A DNA stretch of 59,564 nucleotides, counting the filler. It is 7 parts of 7 records of this genome, joined end to end, with 100 filler letters (N's around TTAATTAATTAA, not from the genome) between each part and the next. Parts side by side here need not be neighbours in the genome. Positions count along the whole stretch, not along the records: positions 18,426 to 36,276 come from SRR31147125_33963; 6 more parts are not named here. One strand, 5' to 3'. This document shows positions 20,752 through 31,738 of this stretch, one piece after another. The translations under genes were made by a program, and so were the position numbers. Numbering within the stretch: the stretch's first letter is position 1; every line of letters begins with the position of its first letter. The notes below the pieces were generated by a model that was not told the origin of the DNA, made no database searches, and saw only the letters and a list, made by a program, of their open reading frames with translations.

Positions 20752-23700
20752 TTATTTTATAATTGCAAACCGGCCTTTTTGAGTTCCGATACCATCAGAT
20801 TCTACCACAAAGAAATATATCCCAAACGCGACCTCCGGACCGTCTTCGGTTGTCAAATCCCAGGAATGTCTTCCGAAATCGACGAGAGACTCATGTTTAA
20901 TAGTTTTGACTAATTTACCGCTGGCAGTAAAAATCCTGATTGTACATTCCGGGGGCAGATTTACAAAATCGATTCTTCTTTGGGAATAACCACCAAGCTC
21001 ATAAATAGACTCAAAAGAACTGGCTGCAACATAGGGATCAGGAACAACATAAATATCTCTCATTTCTACCTTCGCCTCATCCAACTTCCATTCGCCACCT
21101 TCAACCACATAGCGAAATGTATCCAGTCTGCACGGATTACGTTCAGTTCTAAAAAGGTAAACATCGCCTGGTTCCGGTGGAATGACTGGATTTAATGAAT
21201 CAAACCTGTTTTTGAAAAAAGCTAATGACCATGACGAATTAATTTGTATCCCATCATGGGAAGGAAATGTAATGACAACTCTCGAACTATCCCATATTTG
21301 TCCATACATTTCCGGTGGTATTTCCTTTCTTTTATCCTTATCATATCTAACAATAACCTTCATTCTATGAGGATTGTTTGGCTCTGAAACATTCCAGGTT
21401 GTAAAATTTAATGGATATGACTGAACCAATGGCGGAATAGCAAGCGATGTATCCACACCAATGTGATCCTGGACACGTATTTCAAAATCAAACGGTAATG
21501 GAAATGAATAACCCGGTATATTAATATCCTCCACACGCAAATTTGATTTACTATCCGTGGCCCATCTTTTCCATTCGTTGGTTTCTCGTCCATATTTATT
21601 CCTTTTAATGATTGAAACTCCTTTTTCATCACTCTTTGAATCTATTGGGAAACTCAGATCATAATGAAGACCTTCAAAAATGCCTCTTTCTATTTCCGGA
21701 TAGCCGTACTTTTTAAAATCATGGGATTTATCATAATGAAAATGATACATTGTATCACCGGTCGTTTTATTTATGCACGTCATTCCGGTAGTGCTGCCCC
21801 ATTGATATAAGGGTGTCAGTCCATCCAGCCAGGAATCATCGGTGAAAGCAAACTCATACTCATGTTCTAAATTAACATGATGTTTATTAAATACATCGAT
21901 ATTCCATTTACCCCCCTGGGCAAAGCCACTCACATGTTTAATTTTCAGCGAATCGACAAATGGTTCGGTATAACCTGCGGCAGGTTCTGTTGGCACACAA
22001 ACAGAAGTATTACGATCCCGAAAAATAACCTCGCCTACTGGATTGACAGTAATATTAAATGGTGACTCGCTCGGCATAGCATACATGGGATAATCTTCTG
22101 TAATATATCCACGTTCGTAGAAATTCGGAGCATTACCTGCATCAATAGATGTTACTGCATAATAATAAGTTCGCCCATTTTCAACCAGCGTGTCTCTGTA
22201 AGAATGGCGTAATCCGCTGTCATTACCCATATCATAATGAACGCCTAGATTAGGGAAAGGAATGGGGTGAGTACCTCTCAAACCGTCGGATTTATCAAAG
22301 ATGGCAATTGGCTTAAAAAGAAGCACATTACCAAATGCATCTGAAACAGTTTTTATATCCAGGAATTTTGGATCCGTACTCTTGTATACCCGATAACCAT
22401 TAAAATCTTTGCCAAAAAATGGATCTTTAGAATTTTCAGCATCAGAATCCCAATAGAGTTGAACTTTTTCATCGGTAACATTTGCAACAAGCGTGGGTTG
22501 TAGAGGCGGTGTGAGAAATCGGTAGTTATTATCGTATATATTTTGCATTGTCGCTTTATTACGTATCGCATCATCCCGGTCCTCGCCCATCACTAAAGCG
22601 ATCGTAAAACGTTTCCATACCATCGTGTCTAATTTAACAGCCCTGGCCCCAAATGTAAATACAATGTTTTCGTCAGTTTCCTCGACACGTACATCACCCT
22701 CCGTTTTGTGGAGATACTTGTACCAATAGCCACGGTCGTCCATTAGGCTTTTATCCCCTTCATAAACATATACATGCTTCAAACCAGCCTGGTCAGCCTC
22801 ATCTATGTCTGTCACGTCAAAGTTCGGCTCGCCCAAATCCATCATCCCATTGGTTTCTGACCCATTCGGATCAGGACCAGGCCAACCGTTCTCATCCGGG
22901 CCGATGCCATCAGTGCCTCTGTCATCATTGACAGGTTCCATATCCAACTTGTCATTTTTATTTTTATCTTCTCCGGTATCCAAAGCACCATTTAAATTTG
23001 TATCTTCCGTATCCCACATACCGTTCCCCTCAGTACCGTCTTCGTCTGGGCCCTTGTAAGCTAAATCACCGGGTTCGAGTTTATCCAGGCCAATGTCTTC
23101 AAACGGCACCCAATCACCATCATTATCAATCCCGTCATCCATTGCTTCATCGATCAGCCAATCCGCATCGTCATCCAATCCATTATAAGCAATTCCAGGA
23201 CTTTCAAGGAAGGCAAAGCCAAAAGTACCGATTTTTTTATAAGTTGAAAGAGTTTCCGGATACTTGTGCCATTGATACAGGATATCAAAATCAAGCCGGC
23301 CTCCCCCACCTTCGTAATCATAATCAGCGATAATATAATCGGCAATATTATAGTCACCACTATAGATGTTGGCATCTGCCCACATTCCGGTAACAACATT
23401 GTATAAAATATAGTCGCTGTAATTTCTCACACGATATACCGAAACCAGTAAATCCTCCGCAAGAGGATGAAACCAGGCATAAGTCCTGCTTTCTACTTCA
23501 ATACCAGCTCCGGCAATTCCGCCATCTTTCCAGGGAGTTGTATCCGGTGTGCCGTCCGGATTCTTCATAGGCCAATAATTTACAGCCCAAAAATCATTCG
23601 CCTTGTCATTCTCATGATCATCCATCCTGTACAAGGTTTCCTGATCGGCAATCGGTGCCGCTTTATATTCACCATTCCATCTTCCCGCACGTAAACCGGG

Positions 23701-24423
23701 TAAAATGGTTCTCGGTGGACGGTCAAAATAAGGACGATCATCCCCAATGTAAGATCCACCAGGCCAGTATTCCGGCCATGTGCGTTTATCCGTACTAATA
23801 GCCATGCTTTTTAATATACTTGGTGGAGGATCAAGATTCAGATCAAGAAGACCATTATAATTAATATCCTCATCAGGCGCCAGTTCACCGTCATTATTTG
23901 TATCCTCATTAATGCCCCATATAAATCCATATTTCCCATCGTTGTAAAATCCGGGTACAGGAGCCCAAATCTGCTGGTGTGTTTTATCCGAAGAGAGCTG
24001 AGAAACACTGTGTTGACTGACATGTGGCAAATAAGTGTCACTGATGATAGGAACTTCCTCTCCGGTCCATGTTTCCGGTATAACTTTTCCTTCAAAAGCT
24101 GTCATATCTGTCACGGCTGTTGCGATATAAAATACAAATTTTGATCCGTATCCAACTCCCTGACTGCCAGGCCAAATTAATTGTTCGCCTGGATCAAGCC
24201 CGGCATCTGTCATGTTTCCAATATTCCATATCGGACAATAGATGAGATTTCTATCAAATAGGCCTCTAGCCCAGAAGCGTGCCCAATGCATGGGATGCGT
24301 ATCAAATTGAGAACCTGCAATTTGGGCAAATGAGGGTATACCATTGACAAATAGAAGAATAAACACCAAGAATATTCTTATTATTTTTTTTGCTTTTATA
24401 GCAGAATTATTTAAATATAACAC
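20752..24423 (-). CDS. Large secreted protein with Dx[DN]xDG Ca-binding repeats, an FN3-like domain and a FlgD-Ig/T9SS-like C-terminal domain
   Basis: Signal peptide; FNGYRVYKSTDP..GRTYYYAVTSID; C-terminal IYVVPDPY..IRIFTASG.LVK..WDL.T.DG..VAFGIY..GRFAIIK. Confidence 0.75.
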   Translation of the reverse strand: MLYLNNSAIKAKKIIRIFLVFILLFVNGIPSFAQIAGSQFDTHPMHWARFWARGLFDRNLIYCPIWNIGNMTDAGLDPGEQLIWPGSQGVGYGSKFVFYIATAVTDMTAFEGKVIPETWTGEEVPIISDTYLPHVSQHSVSQLSSDKTHQQIWAPVPGFYNDGKYGFIWGINEDTNNDGELAPDEDINYNGLLDLNLDPPPSILKSMAISTDKRTWPEYWPGGSYIGDDRPYFDRPPRTILPGLRAGRWNGEYKAAPIADQETLYRMDDHENDKANDFWAVNYWPMKNPDGTPDTTPWKDGGIAGAGIEVESRTYAWFHPLAEDLLVSVYRVRNYSDYILYNVVTGMWADANIYSGDYNIADYIIADYDYEGGGGRLDFDILYQWHKYPETLSTYKKIGTFGFAFLESPGIAYNGLDDDADWLIDEAMDDGIDNDGDWVPFEDIGLDKLEPGDLAYKGPDEDGTEGNGMWDTEDTNLNGALDTGEDKNKNDKLDMEPVNDDRGTDGIGPDENGWPGPDPNGSETNGMMDLGEPNFDVTDIDEADQAGLKHVYVYEGDKSLMDDRGYWYKYLHKTEGDVRVEETDENIVFTFGARAVKLDTMVWKRFTIALVMGEDRDDAIRNKATMQNIYDNNYRFLTPPLQPTLVANVTDEKVQLYWDSDAENSKDPFFGKDFNGYRVYKSTDPKFLDIKTVSDAFGNVLLFKPIAIFDKSDGLRGTHPIPFPNLGVHYDMGNDSGLRHSYRDTLVENGRTYYYAVTSIDAGNAPNFYERGYITEDYPMYAMPSESPFNITVNPVGEVIFRDRNTSVCVPTEPAAGYTEPFVDSLKIKHVSGFAQGGKWNIDVFNKHHVNLEHEYEFAFTDDSWLDGLTPLYQWGSTTGMTCINKTTGDTMYHFHYDKSHDFKKYGYPEIERGIFEGLHYDLSFPIDSKSDEKGVSIIKRNKYGRETNEWKRWATDSKSNLRVEDINIPGYSFPLPFDFEIRVQDHIGVDTSLAIPPLVQSYPLNFTTWNVSEPNNPHRMKVIVRYDKDKRKEIPPEMYGQIWDSSRVVITFPSHDGIQINSSWSLAFFKNRFDSLNPVIPPEPGDVYLFRTERNPCRLDTFRYVVEGGEWKLDEAKVEMRDIYVVPDPYVAASSFESIYELGGYSQRRIDFVNLPPECTIRIFTASGKLVKTIKHESLVDFGRHSWDLTTEDGPEVAFGIYFFVVESDGIGTQKGRFAIIK

Positions 24424-24484
24424 GGATTTATTCCTTTATGAATTAGCGTCCCAAATTAATTTATTTTAACATACTGGTTTGATC

Positions 24485-25585
24485 CTAGTAATAAGAGCTA
24501 ATTCCAAGTGTGAATCTGTTTACCGATGACAGTATGCTCCAATCTGACCAGGCGTAATCAATGGTAATGGTAGCGACATTAAGGATCTTATATCTCATAC
24601 CCGCACCAAGCGTTAGCCCATCCGCGGCATAATCGGCAAAAAGTGAACGGTAACCTGCGCGCAAAAATGTAAAATTAAATATCTTTGCTTCTAATCCCAG
24701 ATCAACAGTCTCAACATCATTGCTTGGATGATTCATATTTCCGGCAAACAAAAGTGAATTTTTTTCGTTAAATTCCCATTCATATGCGAGTCCAAATCGA
24801 AATAACAGAGGTAAAGGATAGGTTTCCGTTGCCAACTGAATTGCAATATCATCATTATTAAAATACTCATCTTTACGACCATCCACATCGGTTACTCTTG
24901 TGAGATCTCTGCCGGATAGTCCGAATTCCGGTCCAAGATTGCTCAAAGTACCTCCTAAACGCAATCCTTTTATAGGTGTATCAAAGAGAATTGACAGGTC
25001 GGTAGCTATTGTCGCACCTTTTACATGCCAAATATTTTGTCTAAAATACTTTAATCCGAGTCCAACAGACACTCTATCCGTAACTCCTAATGCCCAATAA
25101 AGTCCGGCAACAAAATCCACTGCCGAATAAAATTCACCTGTGCCTTCAGGTCGAAAAATAGTTCTGACCGGATTCTCTCCATAATCAAGCATTGCAAAAT
25201 GAAAACCCAGGGCAGAGCTTACAATTTTAATCGGGATAACCAGGTCAATCGCATGAAATTGTGTATCGACAAGCCAGTCTGTTTTAGTGGCCTGAACAGA
25301 GAGAGATGGGATACGGGTAATACCTGCAGGATTCCAATACAGAGCTGATGGATCGTCGGCAATGGCTACAAATGCTCCACCAATCGCTTCAGAGCGGGCG
25401 CCGACACCAATTTCAAGCATAGCCCCTGCTGAGGTACCCCTTCGGTTTACATCCGGATCATAAGCCAACTCGCCGGGATCGATCTGGGCTTTTGCATGTT
25501 GTTGTCCTAAAAAGAGTGTTAATATCAGACAATAATTTAGGCATGTTTTATTAATGATTATTTTTTTCCAAATCATTTGTATCAC
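24485..25585 (-). CDS. PorV/PorQ (UPF0164) family outer-membrane beta-barrel
   Basis: LEIGVGARSEAIGGAFVAIADDPSALYWNPAG signature. Confidence 0.88.
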   Translation of the reverse strand: MIQMIWKKIIINKTCLNYCLILTLFLGQQHAKAQIDPGELAYDPDVNRRGTSAGAMLEIGVGARSEAIGGAFVAIADDPSALYWNPAGITRIPSLSVQATKTDWLVDTQFHAIDLVIPIKIVSSALGFHFAMLDYGENPVRTIFRPEGTGEFYSAVDFVAGLYWALGVTDRVSVGLGLKYFRQNIWHVKGATIATDLSILFDTPIKGLRLGGTLSNLGPEFGLSGRDLTRVTDVDGRKDEYFNNDDIAIQLATETYPLPLLFRFGLAYEWEFNEKNSLLFAGNMNHPSNDVETVDLGLEAKIFNFTFLRAGYRSLFADYAADGLTLGAGMRYKILNVATITIDYAWSDWSILSSVNRFTLGISSYY

Positions 25586-25594
25586 ACCTCTTTT

Positions 25595-28501
25595 TTAAAG
25601 TTCAAAAAAGAATCCTAATTGAATTAATCGAGGTGGTGAATAATCTCTCGGATTATAATCAGCTTCCTCACGCGTAAACTCACCGATTTGCTCAAGTCTA
25701 TAGTACCGTTTTATGGCATGTTCCGGCAAATATGCCCTGGGACCGGCTCTACCTGTAATACGGTTTACAGAGTTTTCATTAAGATGATTTAAAAAGTTAA
25801 AGACATTCAAATAGGCACCCATTTTAAGTCCTGGTAACTGAATAGATCGGTAAATTTTCAGATCCATTTTCCAGCGCAATGGTCTTCGGTCGGCATTATC
25901 CCACCACCCATCCGGAATGACAATAGAAGGATTAAGGGTGGCTGGTGTATAAGGAAGACCTGAACCAAGTTGTCCGATTAAACTAATGTACCAGTTCTGA
26001 TCAGGACGTATACTCACGGACGCATTTAAAGAATGGGTTTGATCCCATCCTAAAAAATCGATTCTTCGTGCTGCCAGAGTATAAGCCCCACGACCTGAAC
26101 CAGACAAAATAGCCGCATTACGAGCTGCTTCCGGGCTGGATGAAGTTCCTTTAGCAATCATATAAGTATAGTCAATATTGGATGAAAGCTTTCCATCTGC
26201 GGTTCTTTGATTGAAAGCAAGCGTAACACCAGCAGAATTTCCATATTCTTTGTTAATGTACCTGTAAAATGTGGCAGCGTTACTAAGCGTCAATATTTCA
26301 ATACCTAACAGATCTCGTATATCTTTATAATAAACAGTGAGCTCTGTGGACAAACCGGGAACCAGCTCCTGCTGCAATCCAAATTCATACTGAATTGTCT
26401 TTTCTGCCCTTAAATTTGGATTGCCAATGCTTGTACCGATAATGCTAAATTGGTTATAATGGGATAACACGGGATTTTGATACATTTTTTCGAAACTGGG
26501 TGTTTGAAAGAAATGCCCATATGAAAGCCGCATAGCGCCCTTGTCAGATATAGGAAAAGACAATCCAAAACGGGGACTTAACTTGGATTTACTCTTTGCG
26601 CGCTGATAATATCTATCATCACCGACAAACTCGGGAAAAACAATAGAATAATCGGGTGCATATCGGTCATTTGGTCTAAAAAAGTCAAATCTGAGCCCGG
26701 CATTAAAAATGAGTTCTCCTATATTGACTCTGGTTTGCGCGTATCCGGCCGCTTCTAGTGGATAACGATTATAATCTACATAAAACAGATCATCGGCTGA
26801 ACTATCCTTATGGGTTTCACGCAATCGAATAGTCCCATATTCATAATTCTCCGTGGCATTCTTGAAATAATTATAAGGTAATTCCAATCCCCTGATCTCA
26901 TTTCGGGTATACTGAAATTGCATTATTTCATGCCCCAACACTTCACGCATCGGTGCATTTTTATAATGCAGATCATAGTCCTTAATTTCGAAACCTGTTT
27001 TTACTTCAATTATTTTATTTATTTGCCATGTGACATCGCCATTAACCAGATGCATCAGCCGATCGTTCCATTGTCGATTCCAACTATAAATACCACCATA
27101 ATCATATCCTGTAATCGAACCAGGATCCCAGGCATTTACGGTTGTTGTTTGATATCGTGGATCATTTGGATCTTCATAAGTGTAGGATTTATTATGATTC
27201 TCCTGAAAGGAATATCGCAGATTATAAAACAAATTCGGCCAGGGCGTGTGTGTTAAGACTAACATATGAGTAATATTATCGGTATACCAAAATGGCAGCG
27301 CATCCGGACAAAACCTCCAGCTATGCGAATAGGATTTTCCGTGAGAATCACTCAAAAACAAGTTGTATGATGCGGTTATGGCCGGACTGGGTTGATAAAC
27401 CAATTTCGTATTTATATTATACTTTTTATGCCAATTTATGGGCATAATTTTGCCATCTCCGGTGTGTAATGAATCCGGCAATGGGATCACGAGAGGATCC
27501 TGAGGATCATATGTTGCCTGATACCATTCCCGATATACTTCAATTTCCCAACCATCCTCAGGCATATATCGTCTCTCTCCATTTAGCCAGCCGTCATTAT
27601 CTACGAGACGTCCATTAATAAAAAATCCTAATTTGCCAAGCTTTGACGGGAAAGGAAGCGGGCCAGAGAACGAAAACTTTAATTCTTTTTCATTAAAAGG
27701 TTCAAAAGTATCCAGGCCGATATATTGTGGCTTATTCGGGGAATAATATCCGCCGGTTAAGGCTTCTAACGTGGCGTTATAACCACTTTCCGGTACTTTA
27801 GTGACGACATTTATAACACCGGACTGAGCAGAACCGTATTCTGCGTTAAATGTCCCGGTAATAACCTGAAGTTCTTTAATAAAATTGTTTTCAAGTGAAA
27901 CATTAGATCCCCCACTTTGACTGAACGTGTTGGTAACAGGGATACCATCGATCATATAAGCGACTTCCCGCGAACGTCCACCACGGAAATGCAGACCACC
28001 GCCAGCATCTGTTACCACTCCTGCCTGCAACTGAATAACCTCACTTAACGTGGAGACTGGCAAAGACTCGATTTCTTTTTGACTGACATAGGAAGCGGTA
28101 TTGGTACGATCAAACTCGATCGGCTCACGCTCAGCAACAACGACAACTTCCTGGCCTTCAATGGCCTGCGTTGAAAGTTTACAGTCTACCTTTCGAATCC
28201 GATCACTAAAAACCTGAACATCCGTAATTCTAACAGGCTGATAGCCCATCATTTGCACTCTCAAAGAATAATTTCCGGGAGACACATTTATAATAAGAAA
28301 TCGACCTTTAGCATCTGCCGCAGCACCCCGGTTTGTGTCTTCTATTAGTACATTTGCACCCGGCAAAGGCTCTCCTGTTTCAAGATCACGAATTACGCCC
28401 GATATTTTTCCCGTTACACCGGCAAATATATCCACGTTAAAAATCATAAAGAGGATAAAAATGAGAAAAGATAACTGAGTTGCTATTTTTTTCAAATTCA
28501 C
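25595..28501 (-). CDS. TonB-dependent receptor with an N-terminal carboxypeptidase-regulatory-like domain
   Basis: GKISGVIRD..GEPLPGANV, plug HFRGGR..GTFNAEYG.AQSGVINVVTK, C-terminal PRLIQLGFFFEL. Confidence 0.92.
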   Translation of the reverse strand: MNLKKIATQLSFLIFILFMIFNVDIFAGVTGKISGVIRDLETGEPLPGANVLIEDTNRGAAADAKGRFLIINVSPGNYSLRVQMMGYQPVRITDVQVFSDRIRKVDCKLSTQAIEGQEVVVVAEREPIEFDRTNTASYVSQKEIESLPVSTLSEVIQLQAGVVTDAGGGLHFRGGRSREVAYMIDGIPVTNTFSQSGGSNVSLENNFIKELQVITGTFNAEYGSAQSGVINVVTKVPESGYNATLEALTGGYYSPNKPQYIGLDTFEPFNEKELKFSFSGPLPFPSKLGKLGFFINGRLVDNDGWLNGERRYMPEDGWEIEVYREWYQATYDPQDPLVIPLPDSLHTGDGKIMPINWHKKYNINTKLVYQPSPAITASYNLFLSDSHGKSYSHSWRFCPDALPFWYTDNITHMLVLTHTPWPNLFYNLRYSFQENHNKSYTYEDPNDPRYQTTTVNAWDPGSITGYDYGGIYSWNRQWNDRLMHLVNGDVTWQINKIIEVKTGFEIKDYDLHYKNAPMREVLGHEIMQFQYTRNEIRGLELPYNYFKNATENYEYGTIRLRETHKDSSADDLFYVDYNRYPLEAAGYAQTRVNIGELIFNAGLRFDFFRPNDRYAPDYSIVFPEFVGDDRYYQRAKSKSKLSPRFGLSFPISDKGAMRLSYGHFFQTPSFEKMYQNPVLSHYNQFSIIGTSIGNPNLRAEKTIQYEFGLQQELVPGLSTELTVYYKDIRDLLGIEILTLSNAATFYRYINKEYGNSAGVTLAFNQRTADGKLSSNIDYTYMIAKGTSSSPEAARNAAILSGSGRGAYTLAARRIDFLGWDQTHSLNASVSIRPDQNWYISLIGQLGSGLPYTPATLNPSIVIPDGWWDNADRRPLRWKMDLKIYRSIQLPGLKMGAYLNVFNFLNHLNENSVNRITGRAGPRAYLPEHAIKRYYRLEQIGEFTREEADYNPRDYSPPRLIQLGFFFEL

Positions 28502-28575
28502 GGTCTACTCCGTAGCTAAAGTGACAAATTATGATTACACTATTTCAAACTTTTGCACTAGAAACCATTAAGGCC

Positions 28576-29598
28576 TTATGCAAAAATTGGCGCCCGGTCA
28601 GTAGAATTTCGGATATTAAATTGTGTTTCTATCGTGATCCTGGAGCAAGGTAAGCTCTCCTTGGCTTCGACATGTTCGAGTAAAAGATTAAAAGCTCTTT
28701 TCCCGATCTCCTGTAAAGCATGAGAAACGGTCGATAACGAACAGACAAGATAAGGAGAAAGAACATTGTCTGTAAAGCCAACCAGGGAGATATCCTGTGG
28801 AATAGACAATCCGGTTTCGATAATGGCTTTAATGGCTCCAATGCTGATGATATTTCCGGAGGCTAAAATAGCAGTAGGGGGATTGTGCAGAGAAAGAAGA
28901 TGCAATGTCGATCTATACCCATCCTCCAGGGTAAAACCATTCCCAGAGATTAAATCTGGATCATTGCACAGATGAAATTCAGATATTGCTTTCCTGTACC
29001 CAGCAAGACGTTTTTGAATAGTGTATATAGTCTGGCGACCGCTTAAAAAGGCTATCCTTTTATGCCCCAGCTCGACGAAATGAGCCACAACTCTAAAGGA
29101 CGCATTTTCATTATCACTAATTACAGCATTAGTTTCAAGCTCCTCAAAACATCGGTCAATGAGGACAAAAGGAAAATTGTTATCCCTTAAATCTCGGATG
29201 TGCTCATCAGAATCTTGCGCAGGCGCAATTATCAAACCATCCACGCCACGATGGACGAGTTCATTTACGAAACGTACTTCTTTGGATTGGTCTTCATCCG
29301 TATCACAAACATACAGAGTGTAACCTGTATTATAACTTTGCTGTCCGATACTGTGTGCTATACTTGCAAAAAATGTATTGGAGATATCAGGTATTATGAG
29401 TCCGATTGCATCGCTCTTTTTTAAACGCAATGCCCGTGCTGTTTGATCAGGGGAGTAATGGAGTTTTTCAGCAGCATCAAGAATTCTCTTACGCGTTTCT
29501 TCGGAAATAGGTATATTCTCTTTGCCATGTAACACTCTGGAGACAGTCGAGGGATGAACACCTGATAGAGCAGCAACATCTTTAAGTGTTGATGCCAT
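28576..29598 (-). CDS. LacI-family transcriptional regulator
   Basis: TLKDVAALSGVHPSTVSRVL HTH plus a sugar-binding domain. Confidence 0.95.
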   Translation of the reverse strand: MASTLKDVAALSGVHPSTVSRVLHGKENIPISEETRKRILDAAEKLHYSPDQTARALRLKKSDAIGLIIPDISNTFFASIAHSIGQQSYNTGYTLYVCDTDEDQSKEVRFVNELVHRGVDGLIIAPAQDSDEHIRDLRDNNFPFVLIDRCFEELETNAVISDNENASFRVVAHFVELGHKRIAFLSGRQTIYTIQKRLAGYRKAISEFHLCNDPDLISGNGFTLEDGYRSTLHLLSLHNPPTAILASGNIISIGAIKAIIETGLSIPQDISLVGFTDNVLSPYLVCSLSTVSHALQEIGKRAFNLLLEHVEAKESLPCSRITIETQFNIRNSTDRAPIFA

Positions 29599-29999
29599 AA
29601 ACAGTCTCCCGACTATACGACATTATATCATAACTAGACAAACGATTGGTGCAAACCTTTTATTCCCTATTTTGAAATAAAGAGATATGTTTTACTCGCA
29701 TATTTTAGAATGCTTAACCTTATTCGCATCTTTATTAGGATAACTACATTAAAATATATGTCGCTAATACAGGTATTCAGGATCATATAAAAATAAACGC
29801 TTTCTAGTATCCTGTTTTAATAAAAAATAGAACCAGATACCCTGACACTTTTTATATTTAATTGAGATCTAAAATTCAATAATTATAGGGCTATTTACAA
29901 CATTGTGCACTCGAAAAGAAATTTTATTCTGGTACCAGCAATATGCGACAACATCAAAATAATATAAATCTTGTTTGTAAAATAATTTGTATATTAGAT

Positions 30000-30162
30000 C
30001 AGTAGTGTCCGGTCATTGGCAGAATAACAGTCATTTAACCACTTGTAAAAATAGCAACATAACAGACCACTTTTAGTGGGATCGATTTGAAATCATTTTT
30101 AGTTAATGTTATTATAAATACTGATTTTACGCTTAATATTAATACAAGACCGGACAGCACTG
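30000..30162. mobile_element. MITE (163 bp) with terminal inverted repeats and a 9-bp target-site duplication
   Basis: Left end CAGTAGTGTCCGGTC, right end GACCGGACAGCACTG; ATATTAGAT at both 29991-29999 and 30163-30171. Confidence 0.85.
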
Positions 30163-30284
30163 ATATTAGATAACATGCAAGACGAATATATGTCAATTTT
30201 TCAATGTTCCTTAATAAATTTCTTTCATAAAACCGCTAAATATTTTTTCAATCAGCATTTAACGGAAACTCGAAACACAAAATT

Positions 30285-31277
30285 ATGAACAAAAAAGTCA
30301 TTACAGAGCAAATTAAAAACAAGGCCCTTGAGATCGGCTTTGACAAAGTTGGAATTGCCAAGGCTGAAAGCCTGGATTCAGCTAACCTTGAATCCTGGTT
30401 AGGCAATAAATACCATGGTGACATGTTGTATATGGAAAATCATTTTGACAAAAGGACAGATCCGACAAAATTAGTAAAAGGTGCTCAATCAGTCATTTCA
30501 GTGGCCCTAAATTATAATACCCCATTCAAACATTCTGACAATGCAGGTGAAGGTAAGATATCAAGATATGCCTGGGGGGATGATTATCATGATATTGTGA
30601 GAAAAAAGCTCAAACACGTACTTAATTTTATTATGGACTTGAATCCAGCTACTCATGGAAGGGTTTTTGTGGATTCAGCCCCAATAATGGACAAACAGTG
30701 GGCCATAAAGGCTGGTATTGGCTGGCAAGGCAAGAACTCTAATGTGATTACAAGAGAAATGGGATCCTGGATCTTTTTGGGTGAAATTGTTATAGATCTT
30801 GTTCTTGAGTATGACACACCCATATCTGATTTTTGTGGAACCTGCAATAAATGTATTCAAGCCTGTCCAACAAATGCCATTACAAAACCTTACGTGGTAG
30901 ACGCGACCCGTTGTATATCCTATCTAACCATAGAATTGAAACAAATACACGATATTCCGGATAAATTTAAGAGCTCTATGGAAAATCATATTTTCGGATG
31001 TGATATTTGTCAGGATGTTTGTCCCTGGAACAAAAAATTTGCCAAAGTAACCACCGAAAAGCCCTTCTATCCGAGAAAATATAATTTAAATCCAAACCTT
31101 GAAAAACTTTCCGGATTGACATTAGAAGAATTTAGAGAAAGGAACAAAAAAAGTCCTGTAAAAAGACCCAAATATGATGGATTTATGAGAAATGTTAAAA
31201 TTGCACTGGACAATTTTTTAAAAAAGAAAAGCCACCTAAACGACAACCTGGCCAAACCACCTGCAAAAAGACAATAA
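30285..31277 (+). CDS. queG: Epoxyqueuosine reductase
   Basis: SRYAWGDDYH, VDSAP, CGTCNKCIQACP, GCDICQDVCPWN. Confidence 0.95.
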   Translation: MNKKVITEQIKNKALEIGFDKVGIAKAESLDSANLESWLGNKYHGDMLYMENHFDKRTDPTKLVKGAQSVISVALNYNTPFKHSDNAGEGKISRYAWGDDYHDIVRKKLKHVLNFIMDLNPATHGRVFVDSAPIMDKQWAIKAGIGWQGKNSNVITREMGSWIFLGEIVIDLVLEYDTPISDFCGTCNKCIQACPTNAITKPYVVDATRCISYLTIELKQIHDIPDKFKSSMENHIFGCDICQDVCPWNKKFAKVTTEKPFYPRKYNLNPNLEKLSGLTLEEFRERNKKSPVKRPKYDGFMRNVKIALDNFLKKKSHLNDNLAKPPAKRQ

Positions 31278-31408
31278 ATAAAGCCTTTAGTAACTTTTAA
31301 TTATCAGAAATTTCTTTTTATTGCTTGCATTTTTCCCATTTTTTTCATATTTTTTTAACCGTCTATGAGATTGATGAAATATTTTAGAATAGATTACAGG
31401 AGTTACTA

Positions 31409-31600
31409 ATGGCTAAGAAATGTGATATTTGCGGCAAGGGTCCATTGGTGGGGAACCATGTCAGTCACGCACACAACCTTGTCAAACGACGATGGATGCC
31501 CAACCTGAAAAAGTTGCGTATCGTCGCTGATGGTGCTGTCAAGCATGCTTATGTATGTACCCGATGCATAAGATCAGGCAAGGTCGTCAAGGCACTATAA
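31409..31600 (+). CDS. rpmB: 50S ribosomal protein L28 (Zn-ribbon form)
   Basis: [28 protein letters not shown]. Confidence 0.97.
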   Translation: MAKKCDICGKGPLVGNHVSHAHNLVKRRWMPNLKKLRIVADGAVKHAYVCTRCIRSGKVVKAL

Positions 31601-31617
31601 TAGCAAAGTTTATAACA

Positions 31618-31657
31618 ATAAAAAAGGCTCCGTTAAAAAATGGAGCCTTTTTTATTT
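31618..31657. terminator. Bidirectional terminator between rpmB and ftsZ
   Basis: AATAAAAAAGGCTCC ... GGAGCCTTTTTTATT. Confidence 0.85.
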
Positions 31658-31738
31658 GTAAATTTTATTTTTTGTATTAAAAGGGATTCCTGCTTTACAC
31701 CTTTTTCTGCTAAACCTGACCATTTACCTCTGAAAGTC

